Shown: positions 1 to 8,253 of the stretch, piece by piece
Layout: each line of letters starts with the position of its first letter
Position numbering within the stretch: the stretch's first letter is position 1
From: Acidimicrobiales bacterium
Lineage (GTDB): Bacteria; Actinomycetota; Acidimicrobiia; Acidimicrobiales; RAAP-2
Direction of reading: 5' to 3'
NCBI GenBank assembly: GCA_036489775.1
Contig: DASXFC010000001.1
Span: 9,982-73,981 of the forward strand
DNA: 64,000 bases
Made by a program: the position numbers and the translations under genes
The notes under the pieces: generated by a model
What the model was told of the DNA's origin: nothing
The model's database searches: none
What the model saw: the letters and a program-made list of their open reading frames with translations, nothing else

Positions 1-216
1 GCGCTCGGATTCGGTCAGGGTGGCGTTGAGCAGGACCGGGATGAGCCCGACCCGGGCCGCTCCGAGCACGGCGCAGATCAGGTCGGCCGAGGAGCCCAGG
101 GCGAAGGCGACCCGGTCGCCAGTCCGGCAGCCCCGGGCCAGCAGGGCCCCGGCGGCGCGGCGCTGGCGGATCTCGGCGTCGGCCCCAGTGAGGAGTTCGA
201 CGGAGGACGCCGGCAC
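1..216 (-). CDS. AMP-dependent synthetase/ligase (acyl-CoA synthetase family). N-terminal fragment only; the gene continues past the window start.
   Basis: Not in the ORF track because it runs off the window. Reverse-strand reading from GTG (216..214) gives VPASSVELLTGADAEIRQRRAAGALLARGCRTGDRVAFALGSSADLICAVLGAARVGLIPVLLNATLTESER. This matches the usual N-terminal GDRVA...G..vP.n block of adenylate-forming enzymes. Confidence 0.5.
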   Translation of the reverse strand, partial: MPASSVELLTGADAEIRQRRAAGALLARGCRTGDRVAFALGSSADLICAVLGAARVGLIPVLLNATLTESER

Positions 217-299
217 AGATCGAGCATATGAGTGAGTACAGCCGCGCTGAGCTGGGCTTGGTGAAGCCCGGTGGCCCGCCGTGCGACGATGGCCGGCCG

Positions 300-1103
300 A
301 TGAGCCTGATCGACCGCTCCGCACTCGCCCGGGCCAGGGAGCTGGTTGAGCGCTCGCGCCGGATCGTGGTGCTGACCGGTGCCGGCATCTCGACCGACTC
401 GGGCATCGCCGACTTCCGTGGCCCCCAGGGGATCTGGACCAAGGACCCAGCGGCCGAGAAGCTGGCCACCATCGAGCACTACCTCTCGAGCAGCGAGGCC
501 CGCCAGGCGGCCTGGCAGCGCCGGCTCACCTCGACCATCGATCAGGCCGAACCCAACCCCGGCCACACCGCCCTCTTCGAACTGGAACGCTCGGGGCGCC
601 TGGACACCCTGGTCACCCAGAACATCGACGGCCTGCACCAGCGGGCCGGCCACGACCCGGCCCGCATCATCGAGATCCACGGCACGGCCCGTGACGTGGT
701 CTGCCTGCGCTGCGGCCACCGCCAGCCGGCCCAGCCGGTGCACGACCGGGTCCGGTCCGGCGAGCACGATCCGCATTGCCTCGAGCTGGTGGGCGGCGCG
801 GGCGAGGCCTGCGGGGGCATCCTCAAGTCGGCCGTCATCAGCTTCGGTCAGGACCTCGTGGTCGAGGACCTGCGACGAGCTGAATTGGCCGCCCGTGACT
901 GCGACTTGCTCCTGACGGTGGGCTCGACGCTCGGGGTGTATCCAGCGGCCGGTCTGGTGCCCATCGCCGCTCGCAGCGGTGCCGACATCGTGATCATGAA
1001 CGGCGGTCCCACCGAACTCGATGCCTACGCCGACGTCCTGGTCTTCGGCTCACTGAGCGACGCGCTGAGCGACCTGGTGCAGGGTTTGCGGCCGGTCGGT
1101 TAG
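300..1103 (+). CDS. NAD-dependent protein deacylase, Sir2/CobB family
   Basis: ORF 228..1103. Motifs GAGISTDSGIADFRGPQG, TQNIDGLH and IEIHG, plus a Cys zinc module (CLRCGH ... HCLEL..EACGG). Start placed at ATG 300 (MSLIDRS) because ATG 228 lies only 11 nt from the divergent gene start. ATG 228 is not excluded. Confidence 0.9.
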   Translation: MSLIDRSALARARELVERSRRIVVLTGAGISTDSGIADFRGPQGIWTKDPAAEKLATIEHYLSSSEARQAAWQRRLTSTIDQAEPNPGHTALFELERSGRLDTLVTQNIDGLHQRAGHDPARIIEIHGTARDVVCLRCGHRQPAQPVHDRVRSGEHDPHCLELVGGAGEACGGILKSAVISFGQDLVVEDLRRAELAARDCDLLLTVGSTLGVYPAAGLVPIAARSGADIVIMNGGPTELDAYADVLVFGSLSDALSDLVQGLRPVG

Positions 1104-2465
1104 CGGCACCGCCAGTCCGGCCACCGCGCCGGCCAGCAACCCGACCACCGGCACGTGCCAGTCGAAGTCGACTGCTCCCACCAGGGCCAGGCAAACCAGA
1201 CCCGCCACCGCGCCGGCGGCCAGCGGGTCGTGGCGGCGGACCGAGCGGACCAGCGCCACCATGGTGAGGGCCAGCAGCCCGAGGCCGATCACCCCGCCGC
1301 CCGCCAGCACCTGGAGGTACTCGTTGTGGACGAAGTTGGCCGCATTCCCATCGGCCGCGTGCACGAGCAGCAGGCGATCGGGGCCGACGCCCAGCCAGGG
1401 CGCGCTGAGGAACTGGTGCCAGGCCGCCTGCCACTCGGCCCAGCGGTCCCCATCGCTCGGCGCCAGCGCCCGCAGGCCGATCTCGTGGTGCACCAACACC
1501 AAGGCCAGCGCCGCCACCGCCAGGGTGCCGGCCACCGCGCCCAGCCTCGTGGTGGTGGACCAACCCGAGCGGGCCTCCCAGCGCAGGGGCGGCGCCCAGG
1601 CGGCCAGCGCGGCGCAGCCGATGCCGGCCCCAGCGAGCCAGGGCACGGCGTGATGGGAGGGGGAGGTAGCCACCGCCACGGTGCCCAGGACCAGACCGCA
1701 GAGCAGCGGCAGGGCGTGGCGGACGACCAGACGGAAGGGCACCAGGAGGGCGGCCAGGACGGCGGCCAGTACATCGGCGCGGCTCTGCGTGGCCAACAAC
1801 CCGGCGCTGCAGGCGAAGACGGCCAAGCGAGGCAGCCATGGGAACTCGTCGACTTCGGCCGCCAACACCACCAGCAGGCAGACGGCGAGCACCAGGCCGG
1901 CGCAGTCCGAGTAGGTGATGGTCGAGGCCAGGCGCACGGTGCCCTGGGAGCGGATGGCCAAGGGAAAGCGCCGGGCCACCAGGCCGGCGAACCCGGTCAG
2001 CGCCACCACCGAGCCCAGCGCGCCGACGGCCCACACCACGTGGGGTCGCCGCGCCGCCGGCAGGGCCCGCACGGCGGCGAAAGCCGCGGCAAAACCGACC
2101 AGGCTGGCCCCCAACGGGTCGAAGCGGCCGAGTTCACCAGTGGTACCGGCCCGTATGGCCCACCAGGCGGCCAAGGCCAGCGCGCCGGCGATGACCAGGC
2201 GCTCGGAACCCCTCGCGGCCACTGCGCCAGTGGCCCACAGGATGAGGCAGGCCAGGGCGGCCACCACGGTGATGGCCAGTGCGTCAGCGGACCAGAATCC
2301 GCCGTCGCGCAGGGTTTCGATCAGCGCCAGGGCACCGAGCCCGACCGCCAGCACGGCAGCAGAGCGCAGCGGCGGCCCGGGGGCCAGCCGCTCGCGGAGC
2401 CGACGACCTAGGACTGCTTCGCCTTCTCCGCCTTGGCTTTGCGCCGGGGCTTGAGGGCGAACCAC
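1050..2465 (-). CDS. O-antigen ligase-like (Wzy_C family) polytopic membrane protein
   Basis: ORF 1050..2465. Many hydrophobic helices and the family signature ANFVHNEYLQVLAGGGVIGLGLL. The 5' end is uncertain: an in-frame GTG at 2354 would avoid overlap with the small ORF 2408..2545. The 3' end overlaps the convergent sirtuin gene by 54 nt. Confidence 0.8.
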   Translation of the reverse strand: MVRPQAPAQSQGGEGEAVLGRRLRERLAPGPPLRSAAVLAVGLGALALIETLRDGGFWSADALAITVVAALACLILWATGAVAARGSERLVIAGALALAAWWAIRAGTTGELGRFDPLGASLVGFAAAFAAVRALPAARRPHVVWAVGALGSVVALTGFAGLVARRFPLAIRSQGTVRLASTITYSDCAGLVLAVCLLVVLAAEVDEFPWLPRLAVFACSAGLLATQSRADVLAAVLAALLVPFRLVVRHALPLLCGLVLGTVAVATSPSHHAVPWLAGAGIGCAALAAWAPPLRWEARSGWSTTTRLGAVAGTLAVAALALVLVHHEIGLRALAPSDGDRWAEWQAAWHQFLSAPWLGVGPDRLLLVHAADGNAANFVHNEYLQVLAGGGVIGLGLLALTMVALVRSVRRHDPLAAGAVAGLVCLALVGAVDFDWHVPVVGLLAGAVAGLAVPLTDRPQTLHQVAQRVAQ

Positions 2466-2545
2466 CAGATGCTGGCCATGGTGCCCAGGATGCCGACGGC
2501 GGCGGCAGCAGGCTTGACGACTTTGCGGGCGCCGGACTGTGGCAT
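2408..2545 (-). CDS. Hypothetical 45-aa single-pass membrane peptide
   Basis: Tail of ORF 2408..3082 from an internal ATG (2545..2543): MPQSGARKVVKPAAAAVGILGTMASIWWFALKPRRKAKAEKAKQS. It has one hydrophobic helix followed by a Lys/Arg-rich tail. The ATG lies 11 nt after the SDR stop codon. I recognise no homology. Confidence 0.3.
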   Translation of the reverse strand: MPQSGARKVVKPAAAAVGILGTMASIWWFALKPRRKAKAEKAKQS

Positions 2546-2556
2546 GGGGTCAGACA

Positions 2557-3387
2557 CTACCCGGAGCATCCGGCGACCGGCTGGGCCGGGATCCGGACGG
2601 TCACCTGGGTCGGTCGGGCCGCCTCCGGGCCGAAGGCCATGGCCAAGAGGTGGTCGGCCACCCAGCCCGGAGAGTTGAAATCCCCGCTCTGGGCCAGAGC
2701 CACGAACCGCTCGACGTCGGGGAAGTCGGCGGCCCTCGAGCCCCGGACGGCCGCCTGCATGTCGGTATCGACCACCCCGGGCGCCACCGCGTAGGCCGAG
2801 AGGCCGTGTCCACCTTCTTCGAGGGCCACCACCCGGGTCAGCTGGTCGACCGCGGCTTTGGCCGCGCAATAGGCCGCCCAGCCGAAATAGGGACGGGTCC
2901 CGGCCCCCGAGGAGATGTTGATGAGGACACCGGTCCCGGGCCGGCGACGGACGTGGCGGGCGAAGATGGCCGATCCGTGCAGCACCCCGGTCACATTGAC
3001 GTCGATGTTGCGCGCCACCTGCGAAGGGTCGGCGGCGGACAGCGGACCGATGGGAGCAAGCACCCCGGCGTTGTTGATCCATAGGTGGATACCGCCGAAG
3101 CGCTCGACTACCTGGTGGGCGAAGTCATCCAACGCGGCGTAATCGGTGACGTCGACGGCGGCACAGAGCGGCGGTTCGGCCGAGATCACCTGCCCGCCCC
3201 GGGCGGTGGGCCGGGTGGCCATCACCAGGCTGGGCCGATGGGTGGCGCACAAGCCGAGGTGCAGGCCAGCGGCTGCGAAGTGGCTGGCCAAGCCCGCACC
3301 GAGACCCCGGCTGGCTCCGGTGATGACGGCGACCTTGCCCGAGACTTCGGGCGGCGCCGTCGTGCTCTTCGCCTCGGCGGCGCTCAC
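2557..3387 (-). CDS. SDR-family oxidoreductase
   Basis: ORF 2557..3387. Rossmann motif VAVITGASRGLG, an NNAG-type motif (WINNAGV) and YCAAK (YxxxK). The GTG start overlaps the stop of the upstream gene (GTGA at 3384..3387). Confidence 0.9.
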   Translation of the reverse strand: MSAAEAKSTTAPPEVSGKVAVITGASRGLGAGLASHFAAAGLHLGLCATHRPSLVMATRPTARGGQVISAEPPLCAAVDVTDYAALDDFAHQVVERFGGIHLWINNAGVLAPIGPLSAADPSQVARNIDVNVTGVLHGSAIFARHVRRRPGTGVLINISSGAGTRPYFGWAAYCAAKAAVDQLTRVVALEEGGHGLSAYAVAPGVVDTDMQAAVRGSRAADFPDVERFVALAQSGDFNSPGWVADHLLAMAFGPEAARPTQVTVRIPAQPVAGCSG

Positions 3388-4133
3388 CGACCGGCGACCA
3401 CCGAGTCCCGGGACTGGCGGTAGCCGGCGGCCGCGGCGACCAGGGCGTCGAAGGGACGCTGGTCACTCCCCTCCTCGGGGTGCCACTGCACGCCCAGGAC
3501 GAAGCGGGCGGTGGGGAGTTCGACCGCCTCGATCACGCCATCGCCGGCCCGGGCGGTGACTTCGAGACCGCGACCGAGCTGGTCGATGGACTGGTGGTGC
3601 GAGCACAGCACGATCGGCGCCGCTCCGAAGACCTCGTCCGCCGCCGACCCCGGCGTGGTGGTGACCGCCATGTCCCCGAACACCAGCGGAGCGGTGCGGT
3701 GGCCCTCGTTCCCCACCACGTCGGGCACGTGCTGGTGCAGGGTGCCCCCCAGTTCCACGTTCAGCACCTGGATGCCGCGACAGATGGCCAGGACAGGCAG
3801 ATCGATGACCAGCGCGGCGGCCAGCAGGGCCCGCTCGCTGGCGTCGCGCACCGGACTCACCCCGCCCACCGTGGCTTCGGGCTCCTGCCCGTAGGCGACC
3901 GGGTCGACATCGCCCCCACCGGTCAGCACCAGGCCGTCGAGGGCGGACACCACCTCGGCCGCGCCGGCGCCCGGCCCCCGGGGGGCCTGGCTGAGCGGGG
4001 GCAGCAGCACCGGGCGACCGCCCGCCGCCGCCACCAGCTCGAAGTAGGAGGCGGGCAGGACGGCCGCGTGGCGCTCCCAGGAGGACCACGCCACGTCGGC
4101 CACGTAGGTGGTGATGCCGATGAGCGGGACCAT
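3384..4133 (-). CDS. Gamma-glutamyl-gamma-aminobutyrate hydrolase family protein (peptidase C26 / class-I amidotransferase, PuuD-like)
   Basis: C-terminal 249 aa of ORF 3384..5582, from ATG 4133 (MVPLIGITTY...). Motifs LTGGGDVDP, AICRGIQVLNV (nucleophile Cys) and GVQWHPE. The upstream part of the long ORF is antisense to the GS-like gene. Confidence 0.87.
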   Translation of the reverse strand: MVPLIGITTYVADVAWSSWERHAAVLPASYFELVAAAGGRPVLLPPLSQAPRGPGAGAAEVVSALDGLVLTGGGDVDPVAYGQEPEATVGGVSPVRDASERALLAAALVIDLPVLAICRGIQVLNVELGGTLHQHVPDVVGNEGHRTAPLVFGDMAVTTTPGSAADEVFGAAPIVLCSHHQSIDQLGRGLEVTARAGDGVIEAVELPTARFVLGVQWHPEEGSDQRPFDALVAAAAGYRQSRDSVVAGR

Positions 4134-4196
4134 CGGCCCAGCGTACAAAGCACAGAGCGGCTGGACGGCACCCGCTCGGGAACGCCAACATGGCGC

Positions 4197-5555
4197 ATGC
4201 CTGGACTCGAGATGATCACTGCCGGTATCGCGGACGGGTCCATCGACACGGTGGTCCTCGCCTTCCCCGATATGCACGGTCGCCCCGTCGGCAAGCGGGT
4301 CACTGCCGACTTCTTCGCTCAGCACGTGGCCCAGCACGGGATCGAGGCGTGCGACTACCTGCTGGCCGTCGACGTCGACATGAACCCGCTCCCGGGCTAC
4401 CGCTTCGCCAACTGGGACCGCGGCTACGGCGACATGGTGGCCCGGCCCGACTACGCCACGGCCCGGCGCATCCCCTGGCTCGAAGGCACCGCCATGGTGA
4501 TCTGCGATCTGACCAATGCCGACGGCACCCCGGTCGAAGTGTCGCCGCGCCAGATCCTGCGCGACCAGATCGCCCGGGCCGCCGCCCACGGCCTGGTGGT
4601 CCATGCCGCCACCGAGCTCGAGTTCTTCCTCTTCAAGGACAGCTACGAGGAGGCGCAGGCCAAGGCCTGGCGTGAACTGGTCCCGCACACCGCCACCATC
4701 GAGGACTACCAGCTGCTGCAAACGGCGCGCGAGGAGTACATCCTGCGCCGGATCCGCAACGAGATGGTGGCCGCCGAGATCCCGGTCGAGTTCTCCAAGG
4801 GAGAAGCGGGCCGGGGTCAGCACGAGGTCAACGTCACCTACTCGACCGCGCTCGATTCGGCCGACCGCCACCTGGTCTTCAAGAACGGGATCAAGGAGAT
4901 CGCCGCACAAGAGGGGCGGGCCGCCACCTTCATGGCCAAGTGGACCATGGACGACGTGGGATCGTCGTGCCACCTGCACGTCAGCCTGACCGACGCCACC
5001 AGCGGGCAGGCGGTGATGGGTGACGACAGCCACCCGAGCGGGCTGTCGGTCATCGGCCGCCAGTTCCTGGCCGGCCAGCTCCACGCCGCCCGCGAGCTGG
5101 CCTGGTTGGCTGCGCCGACCGTCAACTCCTACCGGCGCTACGTCCCGGGCAGCTGGGCTCCCACCGCGGTGGTGTGGGGGGAGGACAACCGGACCTGTGG
5201 CTTCCGAATCGTGGGCCACGACAAGGACCGCCGGGTCGAGAGCCGGGTGCCCGGGGCCGACGTCAACCCGTACCTGGCCATCGCCGGCGCCATCGCGGCC
5301 GGGCTCTACGGCCTCGACCACGGCCTCGAACTGGGTGACCCGTTCCCGACCAACGCCTACCTGGCCGAGGACGTGCCCCGGATCCCGGCAACGCTGGTCG
5401 ATGCCATCGACCTGCTCCGCGGCTCGACCGTGGCCGCCGAGGCCTTCGGGCCCGAGGTCCACCACCATCTGCTGAACACCGCGGTGCAGGAGTGGGAGGC
5501 CTTCAACCGCCACGTCTCGGACTGGGAACTGGCCCGGAACTTCGAGCGGATCTAG
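4197..5555 (+). CDS. Glutamine synthetase family protein, gamma-glutamyl-polyamine/amine ligase type (PuuA/GlnA3-like)
   Basis: In-frame ATG 4197 (or 4212) inside ORF 3480..5555. Motifs EFSKGEAGRGQHEVN, SSCHLHVSL, NSYRRYVPGSWAP and NRTCGFRI. Divergent from the PuuD-like gene across a 63-nt gap. Confidence 0.9.
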   Translation: MPGLEMITAGIADGSIDTVVLAFPDMHGRPVGKRVTADFFAQHVAQHGIEACDYLLAVDVDMNPLPGYRFANWDRGYGDMVARPDYATARRIPWLEGTAMVICDLTNADGTPVEVSPRQILRDQIARAAAHGLVVHAATELEFFLFKDSYEEAQAKAWRELVPHTATIEDYQLLQTAREEYILRRIRNEMVAAEIPVEFSKGEAGRGQHEVNVTYSTALDSADRHLVFKNGIKEIAAQEGRAATFMAKWTMDDVGSSCHLHVSLTDATSGQAVMGDDSHPSGLSVIGRQFLAGQLHAARELAWLAAPTVNSYRRYVPGSWAPTAVVWGEDNRTCGFRIVGHDKDRRVESRVPGADVNPYLAIAGAIAAGLYGLDHGLELGDPFPTNAYLAEDVPRIPATLVDAIDLLRGSTVAAEAFGPEVHHHLLNTAVQEWEAFNRHVSDWELARNFERI

Positions 5556-6401
5556 TTGCTCGTCTCGCAGCTCTGCTCGCAAGAATCGCTGGCGTCGCCC
5601 GAGCTTCGAACCTGGGCCGACCGCCTGCGGCCGATGTGGAACCCCAAGGGCGAGGACCCGCGGCCCTTCATGTTACACCGAAAGATGTGGGAGTGGCTCT
5701 TCATCGCCCAGGCTCTGGCCGAGCGCGACATGCTCCACCCGGGCCGGCGGGGTCTGGGCTTCGGAGTCGGTCAGGAGCCGTTGGTGTCGTTGCTGGCCTC
5801 CTACGGCTGCGACATCGTGGCCAGCGACCAGCCGGCCGAGCAGGCGGTGGCCTCGGGGTGGACCGATTCGGAGATCGAATGGTCGGGCGGTCTCGACGGG
5901 CTGAACGAGGACGGCCTCTGCCCCCCCGAGGACTTCGAGCGCCACGTCCGCTTCCGCCCGGTCGACATGAACCTCATCCCGGCCGACCTGCGCGCCTTCG
6001 ACTTCACCTGGTCGTCCTGCGCCTTCGAACATCTTGGTTCGCTCGAGGCCGGTACCGACTTCGTGGTCAATCAACTCGAATGCCTCCGGCCGGGCGGCAT
6101 CGGCGTGCACACCACCGAGTACACCGTGTCCTCCAACCAGGACACCATCAGCGAGGGTGCCACTGTGCTGTACCGGCGGCGCGACATCGAGGCGCTGGTA
6201 CGCCGGCTGCGCCGGGTCGGCCACCTCATCGAGATGGATTACACCGAGGGCACCACGCCCGAGGACATCCACGTCGACACTCCGCCGTACACCAACACGC
6301 ACCTGCGCACCATGCTGGGCCAGTACGTCACCACGTCGGTGGCTCTGATCATCGAGAAGGGCACCGGCCGGCGCGGCCTGCTCAGGCTGCGGCGGGGCTG
6401 A
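5556..6401 (+). CDS. Class I SAM-dependent methyltransferase
   Basis: ORF 5556..6401. The TTG start follows the TAG of the GS-like gene with no gap. Motif I is GLGFGVGQEPL. HRKMWEWLFIAQAL and FEHLGSLEAG are typical of this methyltransferase subfamily. Confidence 0.8.
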   Translation: MLVSQLCSQESLASPELRTWADRLRPMWNPKGEDPRPFMLHRKMWEWLFIAQALAERDMLHPGRRGLGFGVGQEPLVSLLASYGCDIVASDQPAEQAVASGWTDSEIEWSGGLDGLNEDGLCPPEDFERHVRFRPVDMNLIPADLRAFDFTWSSCAFEHLGSLEAGTDFVVNQLECLRPGGIGVHTTEYTVSSNQDTISEGATVLYRRRDIEALVRRLRRVGHLIEMDYTEGTTPEDIHVDTPPYTNTHLRTMLGQYVTTSVALIIEKGTGRRGLLRLRRG

Positions 6402-6445
6402 TCCCGCTCAGGGTCGAGACCCGGGTGAGTTGTGAGTCCTCGGCG

Positions 6446-8167
6446 TTAGTCCTCGGCATCGCCGTAGGCATAGACATCTCCCACGGTGTCGAACAGCCAG
6501 TACCCCCCGTGGTCTGGTGTGGCCACGATGCCGGCCACGGCGCCGGCACCGGCGATGTCCGGTGGGATCGTTGGTCCGGCGAGGGCGGTAGCGGTGCCGA
6601 ACGGGAAGACTCGACCATCAGCATCGACGATCCAGTAGCCCGTGCCGGCGGCATCCCAGGCCATCCCGACGGCGGGATCGGTGTCGGCATCGTTGATGTC
6701 GGTCACGGCATTGCCGTAGAAGTTTGCGGCACCAAAGGCGAAGAGACCGCCATCAGCGGCGAGGAGGTCATATCCCTTCCCGTTGGGTAGGACCGCCATG
6801 GCATAGACCGGTTCGTTGAGGGCGTCATTGGAAGTGTCGCCGTAGAACACAGCATCGCCAAAGGGCGCCACCTGACCCTCATCGGTGAACTCCCAGTAGC
6901 CCTTGCCGTCAGACGTGGCGATAATGCCCACCACGGAGCCGTCGAGATCGGCGGCTGAGATGGTGCCGTAGTTCACCGCATCGCCAAAGGTGTACAGCTC
7001 GCCGCCGGCCCCCACCAGCCAATACCCCTTGTCGTCGGCGGTCATGGCGGCGCCGACCACCGGATCAGCCAGATTCACGTTGGATTCGTCCCCCAAGGAC
7101 GGCGCGTTGCCGGAGGGCGCCACATCACCACCGATACCGGTGAGGATGTATCCCTGGTCGTTGCTGGTCACCGCCATCGCCGACACCTCATCGAACGGCG
7201 GGAACACCGGCGTCATCGCCACCATCGGCGCTGCGATGGGTTTGCCGCCCCATGAACCGAGGAAAGGCGCGCTGCCGAAGGCGAAGATGCCGCCATCGGC
7301 CGCCACCAGCCAGTAGCCCGGCTGAGGACTGAACGGATTGGTGGCGATGCCGACAATCGGGCTGTCCAACTTCAGGCTCCCGGTCGAACCCAAGAACGGC
7401 GCGTCAACTCCAAAGGAGAACACGCCGCCGTCCGCCGCCACCAGGTAGTACCCGATGCCATTGCCAGACTCGGACTCCACCATGCCGACAATGGGCTTGT
7501 TGAGGTGGGTGCCGCCGGTCGAACCCAAGAACGGCGCATCGCCGAAGGAGAAGATGCCGCCATCGGCCGCCACTAGCCAGTAGCCCAGACCGTCCGGGGA
7601 ACTCTCGACGCCGACGATGGGACTGTTCAGCGGCTGGCCCGGCTTGAGGATTCCGGGCACCGAGCCGTAGAACCCGGCCTCGGGCCCGAAGGCGAACACC
7701 CCGCCGTCGGCTGCCACCAACCAATACCCCCCGTCGTCGGCGGCCACGGTCATGCCCACAATGGGACTGTTCAGCTTGAGACCCCCGGTCGACCCGAAGT
7801 ACGGCGCACCACCGAAGGTGAAGACACCACCGTCCGCCCCGACTTCGTAGTACCCGTCACCGAAGGCATCGGAGCTGCCGGCGACGATCGGCGCATTCAG
7901 TGTCTTGCCACCCAGGTCTCCATACGAGATGGCCCCGCCCTCGGGATAGACCCGGCCGTCTTTGCCGAACATCCAGTAGCCCGGGTACCCCCCGAAGTAG
8001 TGCGGTCGGACCTGTGCGGCCACGGCGCCGCCTGACGACCTCGATGTGGCGGCGCCGACCTGCGTGCTCGATAGCACCAGCGCTCCCGACAGCGACAAGA
8101 GAGCGGCACACAGTGCCAGGGTGGCCCGCGGCAGCCGAGTCGACCCAGAACCCCCAACGATCCGCAT
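6446..8167 (-). CDS. Secreted repeat protein of unknown function, about 12 repeats (beta-propeller-like)
   Basis: ORF 6446..8236 trimmed to ATG 8167 (MRIVGGSGSTRLPRATLALCAALLSLSGALVLSS, a signal-peptide-like N-terminus). The rest consists of about 12 copies of GYWLVAADGG[VI]F[AS]FGDAPF[LY]GS.GG..LN.PIVGM. Confidence 0.8.
   Translation of the reverse strand: MRIVGGSGSTRLPRATLALCAALLSLSGALVLSSTQVGAATSRSSGGAVAAQVRPHYFGGYPGYWMFGKDGRVYPEGGAISYGDLGGKTLNAPIVAGSSDAFGDGYYEVGADGGVFTFGGAPYFGSTGGLKLNSPIVGMTVAADDGGYWLVAADGGVFAFGPEAGFYGSVPGILKPGQPLNSPIVGVESSPDGLGYWLVAADGGIFSFGDAPFLGSTGGTHLNKPIVGMVESESGNGIGYYLVAADGGVFSFGVDAPFLGSTGSLKLDSPIVGIATNPFSPQPGYWLVAADGGIFAFGSAPFLGSWGGKPIAAPMVAMTPVFPPFDEVSAMAVTSNDQGYILTGIGGDVAPSGNAPSLGDESNVNLADPVVGAAMTADDKGYWLVGAGGELYTFGDAVNYGTISAADLDGSVVGIIATSDGKGYWEFTDEGQVAPFGDAVFYGDTSNDALNEPVYAMAVLPNGKGYDLLAADGGLFAFGAANFYGNAVTDINDADTDPAVGMAWDAAGTGYWIVDADGRVFPFGTATALAGPTIPPDIAGAGAVAGIVATPDHGGYWLFDTVGDVYAYGDAED
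6449..7981 (-). repeat. Intragenic tandem repeat with a period of about 128 nt (~42-43 codons), about 12 units
   Basis: Periodic GYW/DGG.F.FG/LN.P[IV]VG in the translation. At DNA level, a 37-nt segment gaagatgccgccatcggccgccac[c/t]agccagtagccc occurs at 7283..7319 and 7550..7586 with one mismatch. Confidence 0.8.
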
Positions 8168-8253
8168 GACCACCCCAAACCGGGACTCCGCCCAGAGGTC
8201 CCGAATGGACCCACAACCCCGCCACTGCGTCACCAACTGACCTTCAGCTGCCC

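Noticed and set aside
3384-5582. Apparent very long fusion ORFs in the track: 3384..5582, 15803..17002, 18812..20185, 35272..37632, 45799..47640, 51706..53811 and 59879..61180.
   Set aside because: Only the C-terminal parts show family motifs. The N-terminal extensions are low-complexity and overlap well-supported genes on the other strand or upstream. Internal starts coincide with Shine-Dalgarno sequences or 4-nt stop/start overlaps. I trimmed them rather than calling them novel fusions.
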